Shown: piece after piece, positions 16,913 to 24,360 of the stretch
How the letters are laid out: the number at the start of each line of letters is the position of its first letter
How positions within the stretch are numbered: position 1 is the stretch's first letter
From: a bacterium
GTDB taxonomy: Bacteria; Auribacterota; Auribacteria; Auribacterales; Auribacteraceae
Assembly: GCA_021161885.1 (NCBI GenBank)
Contig: JAGGZS010000066.1
Span: 1 to 33,072 of the forward strand
Length of the DNA stretch: 33,072 bases
Direction: 5' to 3'
Program-made: the position numbers and the translations under genes
Notes under the pieces: generated by a model
Databases searched by the model: none
The model's input: the letters and a program-made list of their open reading frames with translations, nothing else
What the model was told of the DNA's origin: nothing

Positions 16913-16936
16913 AGCATTTTATTCGTAGAAAAAAAA

Positions 16937-17194
16937 CTATTCTTCAACACTTTTGAAATTCTGACCGCAATTCCTGCAGATATGATATCTAACCGGCGGA
17001 TGACTGGAATAACATCTTACATTTTTGCTTTTGCACTGAGGACAACGCACAGGTCTATACGATACGCTATATTCAACTTCATCTTCTTTCATTAAAGGCA
17101 TTTTTACGTTCTTTTTAGACTGCTTTTTTAACCAATTCGGATTCAAATTAATCCAATTACTCAAATCCACGCCCCTTCTCGTTTTCTTATCCAA
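16937..17194 (-). CDS. Small C4 zinc-ribbon protein (Ogr/Delta- or IS1 InsA-like); the real start may be the internal ATG at 17101
   Basis: RCPQCKSKNVRCYSSHPPVRYHICRNCGQNFKS is a CxxC-N17-CxxC arrangement with an RYH-C-N-C-F signature like P2 Ogr (CPLC...RYHQCQNVNCSATF). The annotated start overlaps the terminase 3' end by 34 nt. Confidence 0.55.
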   Translation of the reverse strand: MDKKTRRGVDLSNWINLNPNWLKKQSKKNVKMPLMKEDEVEYSVSYRPVRCPQCKSKNVRCYSSHPPVRYHICRNCGQNFKSVEE

Positions 17195-19014
17195 TTTTCC
17201 CTGCTTGTACCCCTTTGAACCGGTTTATGTACCCGAACTCTATTTTCTTCCCTAATATTCAATATTTTACTTATATCTGCGGCTGCAACGGAATAAACTT
17301 CCGTATCAAAATAATGGTTCGCGCCGGATCCTTTCTTCAATTTCCAAATTTCCCTGACCGGTTTTCCTTTTCTCCTTTCCAATACTTTATGTTCAGCTGT
17401 AAATTGAGTTAAATATTCTCTATGCGGATCCCTGAAAATATGCCATTTTTTTGGGTCTTCAGAATGGACTAACCGGCTGATTTTGTTTTTATAATGGTTC
17501 ACATCAATATGCCACAAAATAAGCCCGTTTTTGATAATAGCTCCGGTCTTTGAATTGATATCTATTTTAGATGATTTATAAAACCGACCGGATGTAATCG
17601 AAACCTGTCCTTTAATTGCTTTAGCCTTATCTTTCCATTTCCTGCAGAACCGATAAACCTCATCCGCGTTATATCCGGTATCAATACAGGTCATGTAAAC
17701 TGGCAGTACCTCATCCGAACCAATCTTTTTATATCTTGTATTAAATAAATCTTCCTCAATATCAAACCAACTCTCAACACGAGCCCTGCGGATAAGCCAT
17801 GACTCTTCACAATATCCCCATCCTCTAATCGAATAATAAAAATGACCTTTCTGCACATCCACTCCAGCGGTTAAAACCAGTACATCATCCGGCACGATTC
17901 CTTCATCATAATCACAGGCAAGTTCTTTTATTACGTCAATAGTCGTCTCTTCAACTTTATCTTCCCATATTTCCGCAAGCCACGAGTTGACGAAATTCAT
18001 TAGAAGTTCAACGTAATCTTTCGAGTCAAGGAACTCTTTTGCGATATCGCTCCATGTTAACCAAGGCGAATAAAGCGAATTGATCCAGAATCCACGATGT
18101 TTATTATGTGATGCGTCTTTTACGTTGCCGGCATTATCTATTTCAGCGCCTTCCGGACACCAAACCCCTTTGATCATTATTTGAAGTTTATGGTTATCAT
18201 TAATTTTTTTTTGGCAATAATGGCATTCATACCAGGCAAGCCGTTTCTCTTGAATTTCTCTTCCGGACGTTTCTTCATCCGGCCATTTAATTTGTGAAAA
18301 ATATAATACTTGGTATTTACCGCAATGCGGGCAGGGTACATAATATTTACTCTGATCACTCTTTTTATATTCCCTGAAAATATAACTATCTTCTGTTGTA
18401 GGTGTAGATACTTTGACTGTTTTCTTGTTCCAGAACGTTTTCTGTCGTTCAGTAGCTAATTTAATCGGATCCGCTTCTTTTCCTGAGAATTTCGGGTATT
18501 TATCTATCTCATCCAAAAAAACATACCTTACCGGTCGGGACGCTAACCCTGCAGGACTGTTCGCACCGGCAAAATACATTATCATCCTGTCCAGCTGGTA
18601 CTCCAGTTTTGTTATGTCATCGGATATCGGCGACACGTGAGAACTCAATGCCGATGAAAGCCGAATCATCGGCTGAACACGGTCATACGAGATGCTTCTT
18701 GCGTCCTCAATCCTTGGTAACACCATTAGCGCAGGTCCGGGATCTTGATCAATAACATAACCTAGCATATTATACATGCATTCCGTCTTACCGACTTGGG
18801 AAGACGCCATTATCGTTATATCTTCAACATTCGGATCAGTGAATGCATCCATAATCTCTTTTAAATACGGAGTTCTTCTCGTTCTCCATTGACCCGGTTC
18901 AGCTGATGTTTTTACATCTAAAACCCTGTTTTTATCCGCCCATTCACTTACTGTAAGTTTTTCCGGCGGCCGCCATGCTTCTTTTTCTCTTTCAGACCAA
19001 GATAACTTTTTCAT
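17161..19014 (-). CDS. Terminase large subunit, lambda GpA family
   Basis: 617 aa. N-terminal EWADKNRVL...GQWRTRRTPYLKEIMDAF...SSQVGKTE (Walker A-like) and overall layout match GpA-type terminases. Preceded by a small terminase candidate. Confidence 0.9.
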   Translation of the reverse strand: MKKLSWSEREKEAWRPPEKLTVSEWADKNRVLDVKTSAEPGQWRTRRTPYLKEIMDAFTDPNVEDITIMASSQVGKTECMYNMLGYVIDQDPGPALMVLPRIEDARSISYDRVQPMIRLSSALSSHVSPISDDITKLEYQLDRMIMYFAGANSPAGLASRPVRYVFLDEIDKYPKFSGKEADPIKLATERQKTFWNKKTVKVSTPTTEDSYIFREYKKSDQSKYYVPCPHCGKYQVLYFSQIKWPDEETSGREIQEKRLAWYECHYCQKKINDNHKLQIMIKGVWCPEGAEIDNAGNVKDASHNKHRGFWINSLYSPWLTWSDIAKEFLDSKDYVELLMNFVNSWLAEIWEDKVEETTIDVIKELACDYDEGIVPDDVLVLTAGVDVQKGHFYYSIRGWGYCEESWLIRRARVESWFDIEEDLFNTRYKKIGSDEVLPVYMTCIDTGYNADEVYRFCRKWKDKAKAIKGQVSITSGRFYKSSKIDINSKTGAIIKNGLILWHIDVNHYKNKISRLVHSEDPKKWHIFRDPHREYLTQFTAEHKVLERRKGKPVREIWKLKKGSGANHYFDTEVYSVAAADISKILNIREENRVRVHKPVQRGTSRENWIRKREGAWI

Positions 19015-19604
19015 TTAACCCCCGCAAACGTGTTACAAACTTCCCGTATCCGTTCGGTTAAATATGCTTCTATTTCTCTTGGCTCATACATGTTCGCAAG
19101 TATTGATGCCAATTGTCTCGGCAACGCGAATAAATTGCGTTTAACAGTAAGAATTCTTTGTACCCGGCTCTCTTCAACCTCTTTTAATGGAATAAGTTCA
19201 CCTTTAAGCTTTTTAAACAACAACTTTTCTTTTTCAAGCTGCTGCTTTTTTAATCTTTTTTCCCAGTATATTTTTGTATCTTTAGTTTCTTTCATTTTGG
19301 CTATTTGGTTTTGATACCGCCATGCCTGAATGGCTAATAAATCATAATATCCTTCAGGCCGCACAGGCATCCCAGCAGCTACCCAATTTGCTACAGTTCT
19401 CGGCTTAACTTTGAATATATCCGATACTTCTCGCTGTGTCCTCACAACAGCTGGCGGAAGCGGACAGTTCTCCAACACTTCCAGTTCCCGAATTTCTCCG
19501 GGCGTTAAAGATTTTTTCTGCAATTTAGTCAACAAATGATGATGCCTTTTCTTTTTGGCCATAAAAACTATATCTACTTTTTTGTTACACATGCTAAATC
19601 CCAT
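19011..19604 (-). CDS. Terminase small subunit candidate (HTH-containing); start uncertain (19604 or 19562)
   Basis: Position immediately upstream of the large terminase, overlapping it by 4 nt. HTH-like VSDIFKVKPRTVANWVAAGMPV followed by a coiled-coil region. Confidence 0.55.
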   Translation of the reverse strand: MGFSMCNKKVDIVFMAKKKRHHHLLTKLQKKSLTPGEIRELEVLENCPLPPAVVRTQREVSDIFKVKPRTVANWVAAGMPVRPEGYYDLLAIQAWRYQNQIAKMKETKDTKIYWEKRLKKQQLEKEKLLFKKLKGELIPLKEVEESRVQRILTVKRNLFALPRQLASILANMYEPREIEAYLTERIREVCNTFAGVK

Positions 19605-19731
19605 ATGCGCATAGTTGAAAACACATAAACAGTATGTTAATATACCTTAAAACCTAAATGTGCGGTCGATTGCCCACATGGGATAAGCATGTGTGCTACC
19701 AGAGATGTTGGTGCATCTCCGGCCGCATTTT

Positions 19732-21033
19732 TTATACTTTTACTAATTCAGCTTTTTCTCCTGTAAATTCTTCCCATCTTTGAACTGCTACATCACAAAA
19801 CACAGGTTCCAGTTCCATTGCAAACACACGACGATTAAGCCGTTCACCAGCGATAATCTGCGAACCAGACCCGGAGAACGGTTCATAACAAATATCACCA
19901 GGTTGAGTATGTACTCGCATCGGTATAGCGAACACTTCGGTAGGTTTGACTGTCGGATGTTCTAATCCGGGATTACGTTTTTTGCCTTCCCAGTCCAGTT
20001 CCCATACATCAGAATAGTAGTCCGGTGACGCAGGGTCGCCTGATTTAAAAAAATCTACACGCCAGACCGTACCGATAGATTTGTCTTTCGGTTTATACGG
20101 CGGTTTACTGCCTTGAACCCACATAAGCAAACAAGGTTCGTGTCGCCATGAATAAAACGAATAAGTAAGTATCGTACACGGTTTCACCCATATAATCTGC
20201 TGGTGTACCAAGATATTCAGTTCGTCGCATACTTGCTGAATTTCATGGCGTCGTTTTGATGCGTGCCACAAATACAAGGCCGTATTCTCTTTAATCACTT
20301 TTAACCCAACGCTATAAAAATCTTTGATAAATTTACTCGCATCAGGGATATCAACTTCATGGTATACACCTGACCAGTCTTTACCGCCGTTCGGTCTGTC
20401 TTTACCGGTATAATCAACACAATACGGCGGATCAGTAGCAAACAGTTTTGCCTTTTTACCATCCATAAGCCGAGCGACGTCATCCTCATTAGTGCTGTCC
20501 CCGCACAATAGACGATGGTTGCCGAGAATCCATAGATCGCCCGGACGGGTAATCGTTTCTTTTGGTGGTTCGGGAATATCGTCCGGTAATGTTTTTCCGC
20601 ATCCTGTATTTTCTTCCTCAAAATCTTTAAATGAATCTCTTAATTCGTTTAATCGAAGGTCTAAATAATCCTCATTCATCTGTTGTCGGAGTTCTTCCAG
20701 TATAGGAATTAAAGCTTCTGTGAAAACTCCCTGTATCTCAATATTATTCAAAGTAACATTAAGTAATCGTTCATGAATACTGTCTACATCAAGTAAAATA
20801 ACCGGTATCTCCTGAACATTCGCTTCTTTTAAAACTTTAAAACGCTGATGACCGCCGATAATGGACATATTTCGTTTATTAACGATAATCAGATCAATGT
20901 AGCCGAATTTTTCAAGGCTCTTTTTTAATCCCGTTAAAGCCGGATCGGATATTTGCCTTGGATTCCATTTTGCAGATTTTATATCCGATATTTTCAACTG
21001 CATAATTTCCGGTTTTATGTCTATTTTTGCCAT
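19732..21033 (-). CDS. ParB-like nuclease domain fused to a DNA methyltransferase (N6-A/N4-C, beta class)
   Basis: N-terminal ParB/Srx-type block (NPRQISD...IIGGHQRFKVLKE). DPPY motif (LFATDPPYCVDY) and a C-terminal SAM-binding block EPFSGSGSQIIAGERL. Confidence 0.85.
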   Translation of the reverse strand: MAKIDIKPEIMQLKISDIKSAKWNPRQISDPALTGLKKSLEKFGYIDLIIVNKRNMSIIGGHQRFKVLKEANVQEIPVILLDVDSIHERLLNVTLNNIEIQGVFTEALIPILEELRQQMNEDYLDLRLNELRDSFKDFEEENTGCGKTLPDDIPEPPKETITRPGDLWILGNHRLLCGDSTNEDDVARLMDGKKAKLFATDPPYCVDYTGKDRPNGGKDWSGVYHEVDIPDASKFIKDFYSVGLKVIKENTALYLWHASKRRHEIQQVCDELNILVHQQIIWVKPCTILTYSFYSWRHEPCLLMWVQGSKPPYKPKDKSIGTVWRVDFFKSGDPASPDYYSDVWELDWEGKKRNPGLEHPTVKPTEVFAIPMRVHTQPGDICYEPFSGSGSQIIAGERLNRRVFAMELEPVFCDVAVQRWEEFTGEKAELVKV

Positions 21034-21179
21034 CTAATCAAGTTCCTTTCTAAAAAATTATATACGAAACCGAAATCCAAATTTTTTTTTATTAAAATCA
21101 CTTTCAACCTGCGCCTTCGCTACCTGCAATAAGGCACTTACAGGAAGGACCCGCTTTTTAATATCCCACCCAAAGGTTG

Positions 21180-21362
21180 TTAAATTGACTTTTTCAGCCC
21201 ATCAAAAGACTGACCACACAGACAGATCAAGACCTCATCGATTAAATTTTTTCCGGCGTCATCCTGACTTTTATAAATAACTTTAAGACGCCGTGATTTA
21301 ATAAGCTTAGAAACCTCATCACCGTTGACGTTATCGATAATCACACTAATAAGATCACCCAT
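21180..21362 (-). CDS. Hypothetical 60-aa protein (shortened from track ORF 21180..21479)
   Basis: The in-frame ATG at 21362 overlaps the upstream stop (ATGGGTGA) and has AAAGGA upstream. The longer version would overlap the upstream gene by 125 nt. Confidence 0.35.
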   Translation of the reverse strand: MGDLISVIIDNVNGDEVSKLIKSRRLKVIYKSQDDAGKNLIDEVLICLCGQSFDGLKKSI

Positions 21363-21981
21363 TGACGGCCATTCCTTTCTCTCTGTAAAAAGCGATTTCT
21401 CTTTGATAACAGATATTGCCTCGTACAATATCTGATTTCCAAATCCATGAACCGCATTCAAATTCAGCAGCCACACCAAACGACTTTATTTTCGATAAAC
21501 AACACGGACATCGAACCGATTCAATAAACGCAACAAACTCTTTTGCTTTTTTGGTATCTTGATCTGAAACTTTATCCACTTTAAAATCCAAAGATGGAAG
21601 AGACGGATCGCTCTCTGGTTTGGTTTCCTCGGTTTTTGTTTCCAGAGAAAGATTTATATCTATTTTCTGGCTCTTCTTCAAAGGAACAATAACTTCATCG
21701 TCGATATCTGAAAGATCAATATTCGGGATAGGTTCATCAGCAGGTTTATTGAAATCATACTTACAATCGGCGCAAAAATTAGCGTTTACAGGCACTAATG
21801 AAAAACAATCAGGGCAGGTTTTGGTTTTGACTTTTATTTTTGGCTTAACCCTCGTTTTCTTTTCTTTTTTCTTTGATTTGACTTTGCCGTAAAAAACATA
21901 ATCACACTCAGTACAAACTTGCCTTCTGCTATGACAAACAGTTCCACATTCAGGACATTCTTTTTCATACTTTTTACTCAT
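21355..21981 (-). CDS. Double zinc-ribbon protein, function unknown
   Basis: CPECGTVCHSRRQVCTECDY and CPDCFSLVPVNANFCADCKY (two CxxC-N-CxxC ribbons). A Lys-rich linker and an acidic middle region follow, plus a further CPCC. The start overlaps the upstream gene by 8 nt. Confidence 0.6.
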   Translation of the reverse strand: MSKKYEKECPECGTVCHSRRQVCTECDYVFYGKVKSKKKEKKTRVKPKIKVKTKTCPDCFSLVPVNANFCADCKYDFNKPADEPIPNIDLSDIDDEVIVPLKKSQKIDINLSLETKTEETKPESDPSLPSLDFKVDKVSDQDTKKAKEFVAFIESVRCPCCLSKIKSFGVAAEFECGSWIWKSDIVRGNICYQREIAFYREKGMAVNG

Positions 21982-22231
21982 GATCTTTCTCCCTTGTGAG
22001 ATTTTTTTTAATATACTTCAAACATTGCTCCGCAAGTTTTCTCTCTTGATGTAACTCTTTATATTTAAGTTTTTTAATTAACTTTTCTAAGCGATTCTTT
22101 ATGCTCCTTGAATACTTGTTTTTAATTTTTTTTTCTGAGCGACAAGCCCAACCAGCTAAGAAACCAATCAAAAAAACGCTAATGACCAACAACAAAACCG
22201 TAACAAACAATGCATCAGATAACTCAACCAT
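21974..22231 (-). CDS. Small single-pass membrane protein, function unknown
   Basis: N-terminal hydrophobic helix LFVTVLLLVISVFLIGFLAGWA followed by a Lys-rich helical tail. Translationally coupled (8-nt overlaps) to the genes on both sides. Confidence 0.5.
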   Translation of the reverse strand: MVELSDALFVTVLLLVISVFLIGFLAGWACRSEKKIKNKYSRSIKNRLEKLIKKLKYKELHQERKLAEQCLKYIKKNLTREKDHE

Positions 22232-23060
22232 CTTGCTCTTCCTTATCTCTGTAATTAAAAATTTGATTCATCTCTTTTTTACCTTGCTCGTATGCTTTCG
22301 TAGATATTGGCCAGTCGGGATTGGCGAGCAGTTTACACAGATACCCCGGAGGATTCTTTTTCTTTCGGGATTGAACGATATACGCCCAAAGGAACGGTTC
22401 TTCAGCGATATTGTATTGCATGAGTATTTTTACCAATTTCCAGCTCTGGCTTTCATCGGTGATATATCGCTCGCGCTTGTTTATTATTTTTGAAATTATT
22501 TCAATAGCCGTGTTTTTTTCCGTTACCGTTTCGGAAAAGTCTTCGGAATTTTTAGGATTTTCAAAAAGTAACTTTTGCCCTTCAGGAACAATACGGTTTT
22601 CTTTAAAGTTTTCTTTACGTACGGTTTTATTTAATATAATGTGTGCACTGACATTTTTGTCCGTAGCTACTACGGACATTTTTGTCATGTTGCTACGGAC
22701 ATTTTTGTCCATAGCACTACGGACATTTTTGTCCGTACCCATTGAGTTATCCACAGCCCATTTTTTATAATTTTTATTAAACGAATACATGTTTTTTCCT
22801 GACCGATGTTGATGAACATTTAAGACTCTTTTTTCTTTTAAAGATTTCACCGATCGAGTCACTGTGCGCATTATTATGCCTGTATACATTTCTATTTCAG
22901 TTAATGGTATACAAGTTTGTTTTTTCCTATATCCAAATGTCATTCGAAGCACTAATAAAGCAATTCTCAATTCAGAGCCGCTCAAATTAGCTTTAATAAG
23001 AGCTTCCAAAATCTCATTGGCAATTCTTGTGTATCCGTCTTCTAACTGCGGCCCTGGCAT
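22224..23060 (-). CDS. Replication initiator, lambda O family
   Basis: LEDGYTRIANEILEALIKANLSGSELRIALLVLRMTFGYRKKQTCIPLTEIEMYTG parallels lambda O LDDGYARLSNMLLEAYSGADLTKRQFKVLLAILRKTYGWNKPMDRITDSQLSEITK. Iterons lie inside the gene, as in lambda. Confidence 0.85.
   Translation of the reverse strand: MPGPQLEDGYTRIANEILEALIKANLSGSELRIALLVLRMTFGYRKKQTCIPLTEIEMYTGIIMRTVTRSVKSLKEKRVLNVHQHRSGKNMYSFNKNYKKWAVDNSMGTDKNVRSAMDKNVRSNMTKMSVVATDKNVSAHIILNKTVRKENFKENRIVPEGQKLLFENPKNSEDFSETVTEKNTAIEIISKIINKRERYITDESQSWKLVKILMQYNIAEEPFLWAYIVQSRKKKNPPGYLCKLLANPDWPISTKAYEQGKKEMNQIFNYRDKEEQDG
22647..22736. repeat. Four 18-bp iterons (ACGGACATTTTTGTCCGT consensus, itself an inverted repeat): candidate origin of replication
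   Basis: Copies start at 22647 (ACTGACATTTTTGTCCGT), 22672 (ACGGACATTTTTGTCAT), 22695 (ACGGACATTTTTGTCCAT) and 22719 (ACGGACATTTTTGTCCGT). Spacing is 25/23/24 bp. An AT-rich stretch (about 22600-22645) is adjacent. They sit in the linker region of the O-like gene, giving the protein repeat DKNVRS. Confidence 0.75.
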
Positions 23061-23195
23061 ATTTTTTTTATTTACCTTTCTTTTTCTCAGCTTGCCCCCG
23101 GCTGAGATACCCCCACACGAGACTTACAGATCGCCTTACATCTTGGCTGTAATTGTTTTACTCGCTTCTCTTATCCCTTGGCAGTTTGGTTTTTA

Positions 23196-24026
23196 TTACT
23201 TTATTTTTTCAACCTTCACTTCCGTATATTCAGAGTGATGCACATGTTTTGTTTTAAAACCGTTATATACAATTTCTTTTCTGTGGTTTTCATCGTGTGG
23301 GAATAATTCGTTTGCTTTGTTTTGGTAGATTTTAAGAACCCTGTTCAATGTTTCGACTCGACTCTTTGTAATAGATATTTTCCGAGCAATAATATCCAAT
23401 TCAGATAACTCCGGCATATCTTCAAATCCCAAGTCTTTTTCAGCCTCATCAAACATCTTGTCAATGATCTTCAATTCATCCAGGATATCCTCGTCATATT
23501 CCTCATTAAAAGACATCTGATCGCCCTCACCATCACCGCCATCGCCTTCAGGATCCACAGAATCACCCTCTGGCTCCCTCTCTTCCATATTGAACGGTAT
23601 TGCCTCACAGTTTTTCTCATTACCGTCCACCATTTCCAGTTCTTCATCCAGAGGCGCACCTGCAGCAGTTTTCGCATGAATTACAAGAACATCATCAAAC
23701 CAGTTTAAATATCGCTGATAAACTTTATCCAAGGAAACGCGTGCCTTGACTATATCAGTACCAATATCAACACGTTTCAGTAAAAAATGATTAAAGAACC
23801 AGCATTCCTCATTCGTTTTTGTAAAGTCCTGGATTTCAATCTCAATTTGTTCCAATACGATATCATCTAAACCTACAGGATTATAATTAAGCCAAATTTC
23901 AAGAGCCTCATTGTCTTCAACACCAACAGTATCCACTTTCCGTAACTCCAAATATTCAAAAGTGGGATCCAGCTTAACCATCAATTCAACTACTTTTTTA
24001 AACTCATCTTTTTTTAATGTTTTCAT
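23196..24026 (-). CDS. Highly acidic hypothetical protein
   Basis: 276-aa ORF with a long Asp/Glu/Gly tract (EEREPEGDSVDPEGDGGDGEGDQMSFNEEYDEDILDE...). No motif I can assign. Confidence 0.5.
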   Translation of the reverse strand: MKTLKKDEFKKVVELMVKLDPTFEYLELRKVDTVGVEDNEALEIWLNYNPVGLDDIVLEQIEIEIQDFTKTNEECWFFNHFLLKRVDIGTDIVKARVSLDKVYQRYLNWFDDVLVIHAKTAAGAPLDEELEMVDGNEKNCEAIPFNMEEREPEGDSVDPEGDGGDGEGDQMSFNEEYDEDILDELKIIDKMFDEAEKDLGFEDMPELSELDIIARKISITKSRVETLNRVLKIYQNKANELFPHDENHRKEIVYNGFKTKHVHHSEYTEVKVEKIK

Positions 24027-24055
24027 ACAACATAATCCTTTTTTGTATTTTTGTT

Positions 24056-24328
24056 TTAAACTAAATCAATAACTTCACAATTTTTTCCGACCGCCTTTTT
24101 CACTCTTCCGTAAAGACTTTTTTTCACAATACAAATCATCCCTACTTTTTCTTTTTTACCCATATCCTTATCCGGCTCCTGATCCCACAGTAAAGGGATC
24201 AACCGGTTACGGTTTATATCCCGGATACCTTCACCAAATAAGAACGTGTTATATCGAACTGTTTTAAGAAAATCAGGCAACTCTTTTATTGACCTGTTAT
24301 CCCTCACAACAAAAAACTGGCTCTTCAC
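24056..24328 (-). CDS. Hypothetical protein (GTG start)
   Basis: 90-aa ORF with GGAGAG 5 nt upstream of the GTG, co-oriented in the early operon. Confidence 0.45.
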   Translation of the reverse strand: MKSQFFVVRDNRSIKELPDFLKTVRYNTFLFGEGIRDINRNRLIPLLWDQEPDKDMGKKEKVGMICIVKKSLYGRVKKAVGKNCEVIDLV

Positions 24329-24360
24329 GTTTGCTCTCCGTTTAAATGTTGTTTATGTTT

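Noticed and set aside
20301-20621. 106-aa minus-strand ORF nested in the ParB-methyltransferase gene
   Set aside because: It is an out-of-frame overlap entirely within a gene whose frame carries the DPPY and SAM-binding motifs.
21034-21179. Terminator or late promoter upstream of the ParB-methyltransferase gene
   Set aside because: There is an imperfect stem (CCTTC+CTGTAA / TTGCAG+GAAGG with a bulge) and a perfect TATAAT (TATATAAT, about 21060). The stem lacks a U-run and no acceptable -35 sits at 16-18 nt, so the evidence is too weak to call.
21363-21479. N-terminal extension of ORF 21180..21479, or a +1 frameshift joining it to the zinc-ribbon gene
   Set aside because: The extension would overlap the upstream gene by 125 nt. 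An in-frame ATG at 21362 gives a classic ATGGGTGA stop/start overlap. I saw no slippery or +1 shift-prone motif, so the simple coupled short gene is preferred.
22647-22736. Possible mini-CRISPR array (four regularly spaced repeats)
   Set aside because: There are only four 18-bp repeats separated by 5-7 nt. They lie inside the O-like coding frame, are palindromic and have an adjacent AT-rich tract. This fits replication iterons, not CRISPR.
22101-23238. Plus-strand ORFs 22101..22493, 22411..22770, 22864..23238
   Set aside because: They are antisense to the O-like initiator and the small membrane-protein gene. Their translations are hydrophobic, Phe/Leu/Ser-rich and typical of AT-rich antisense frames.
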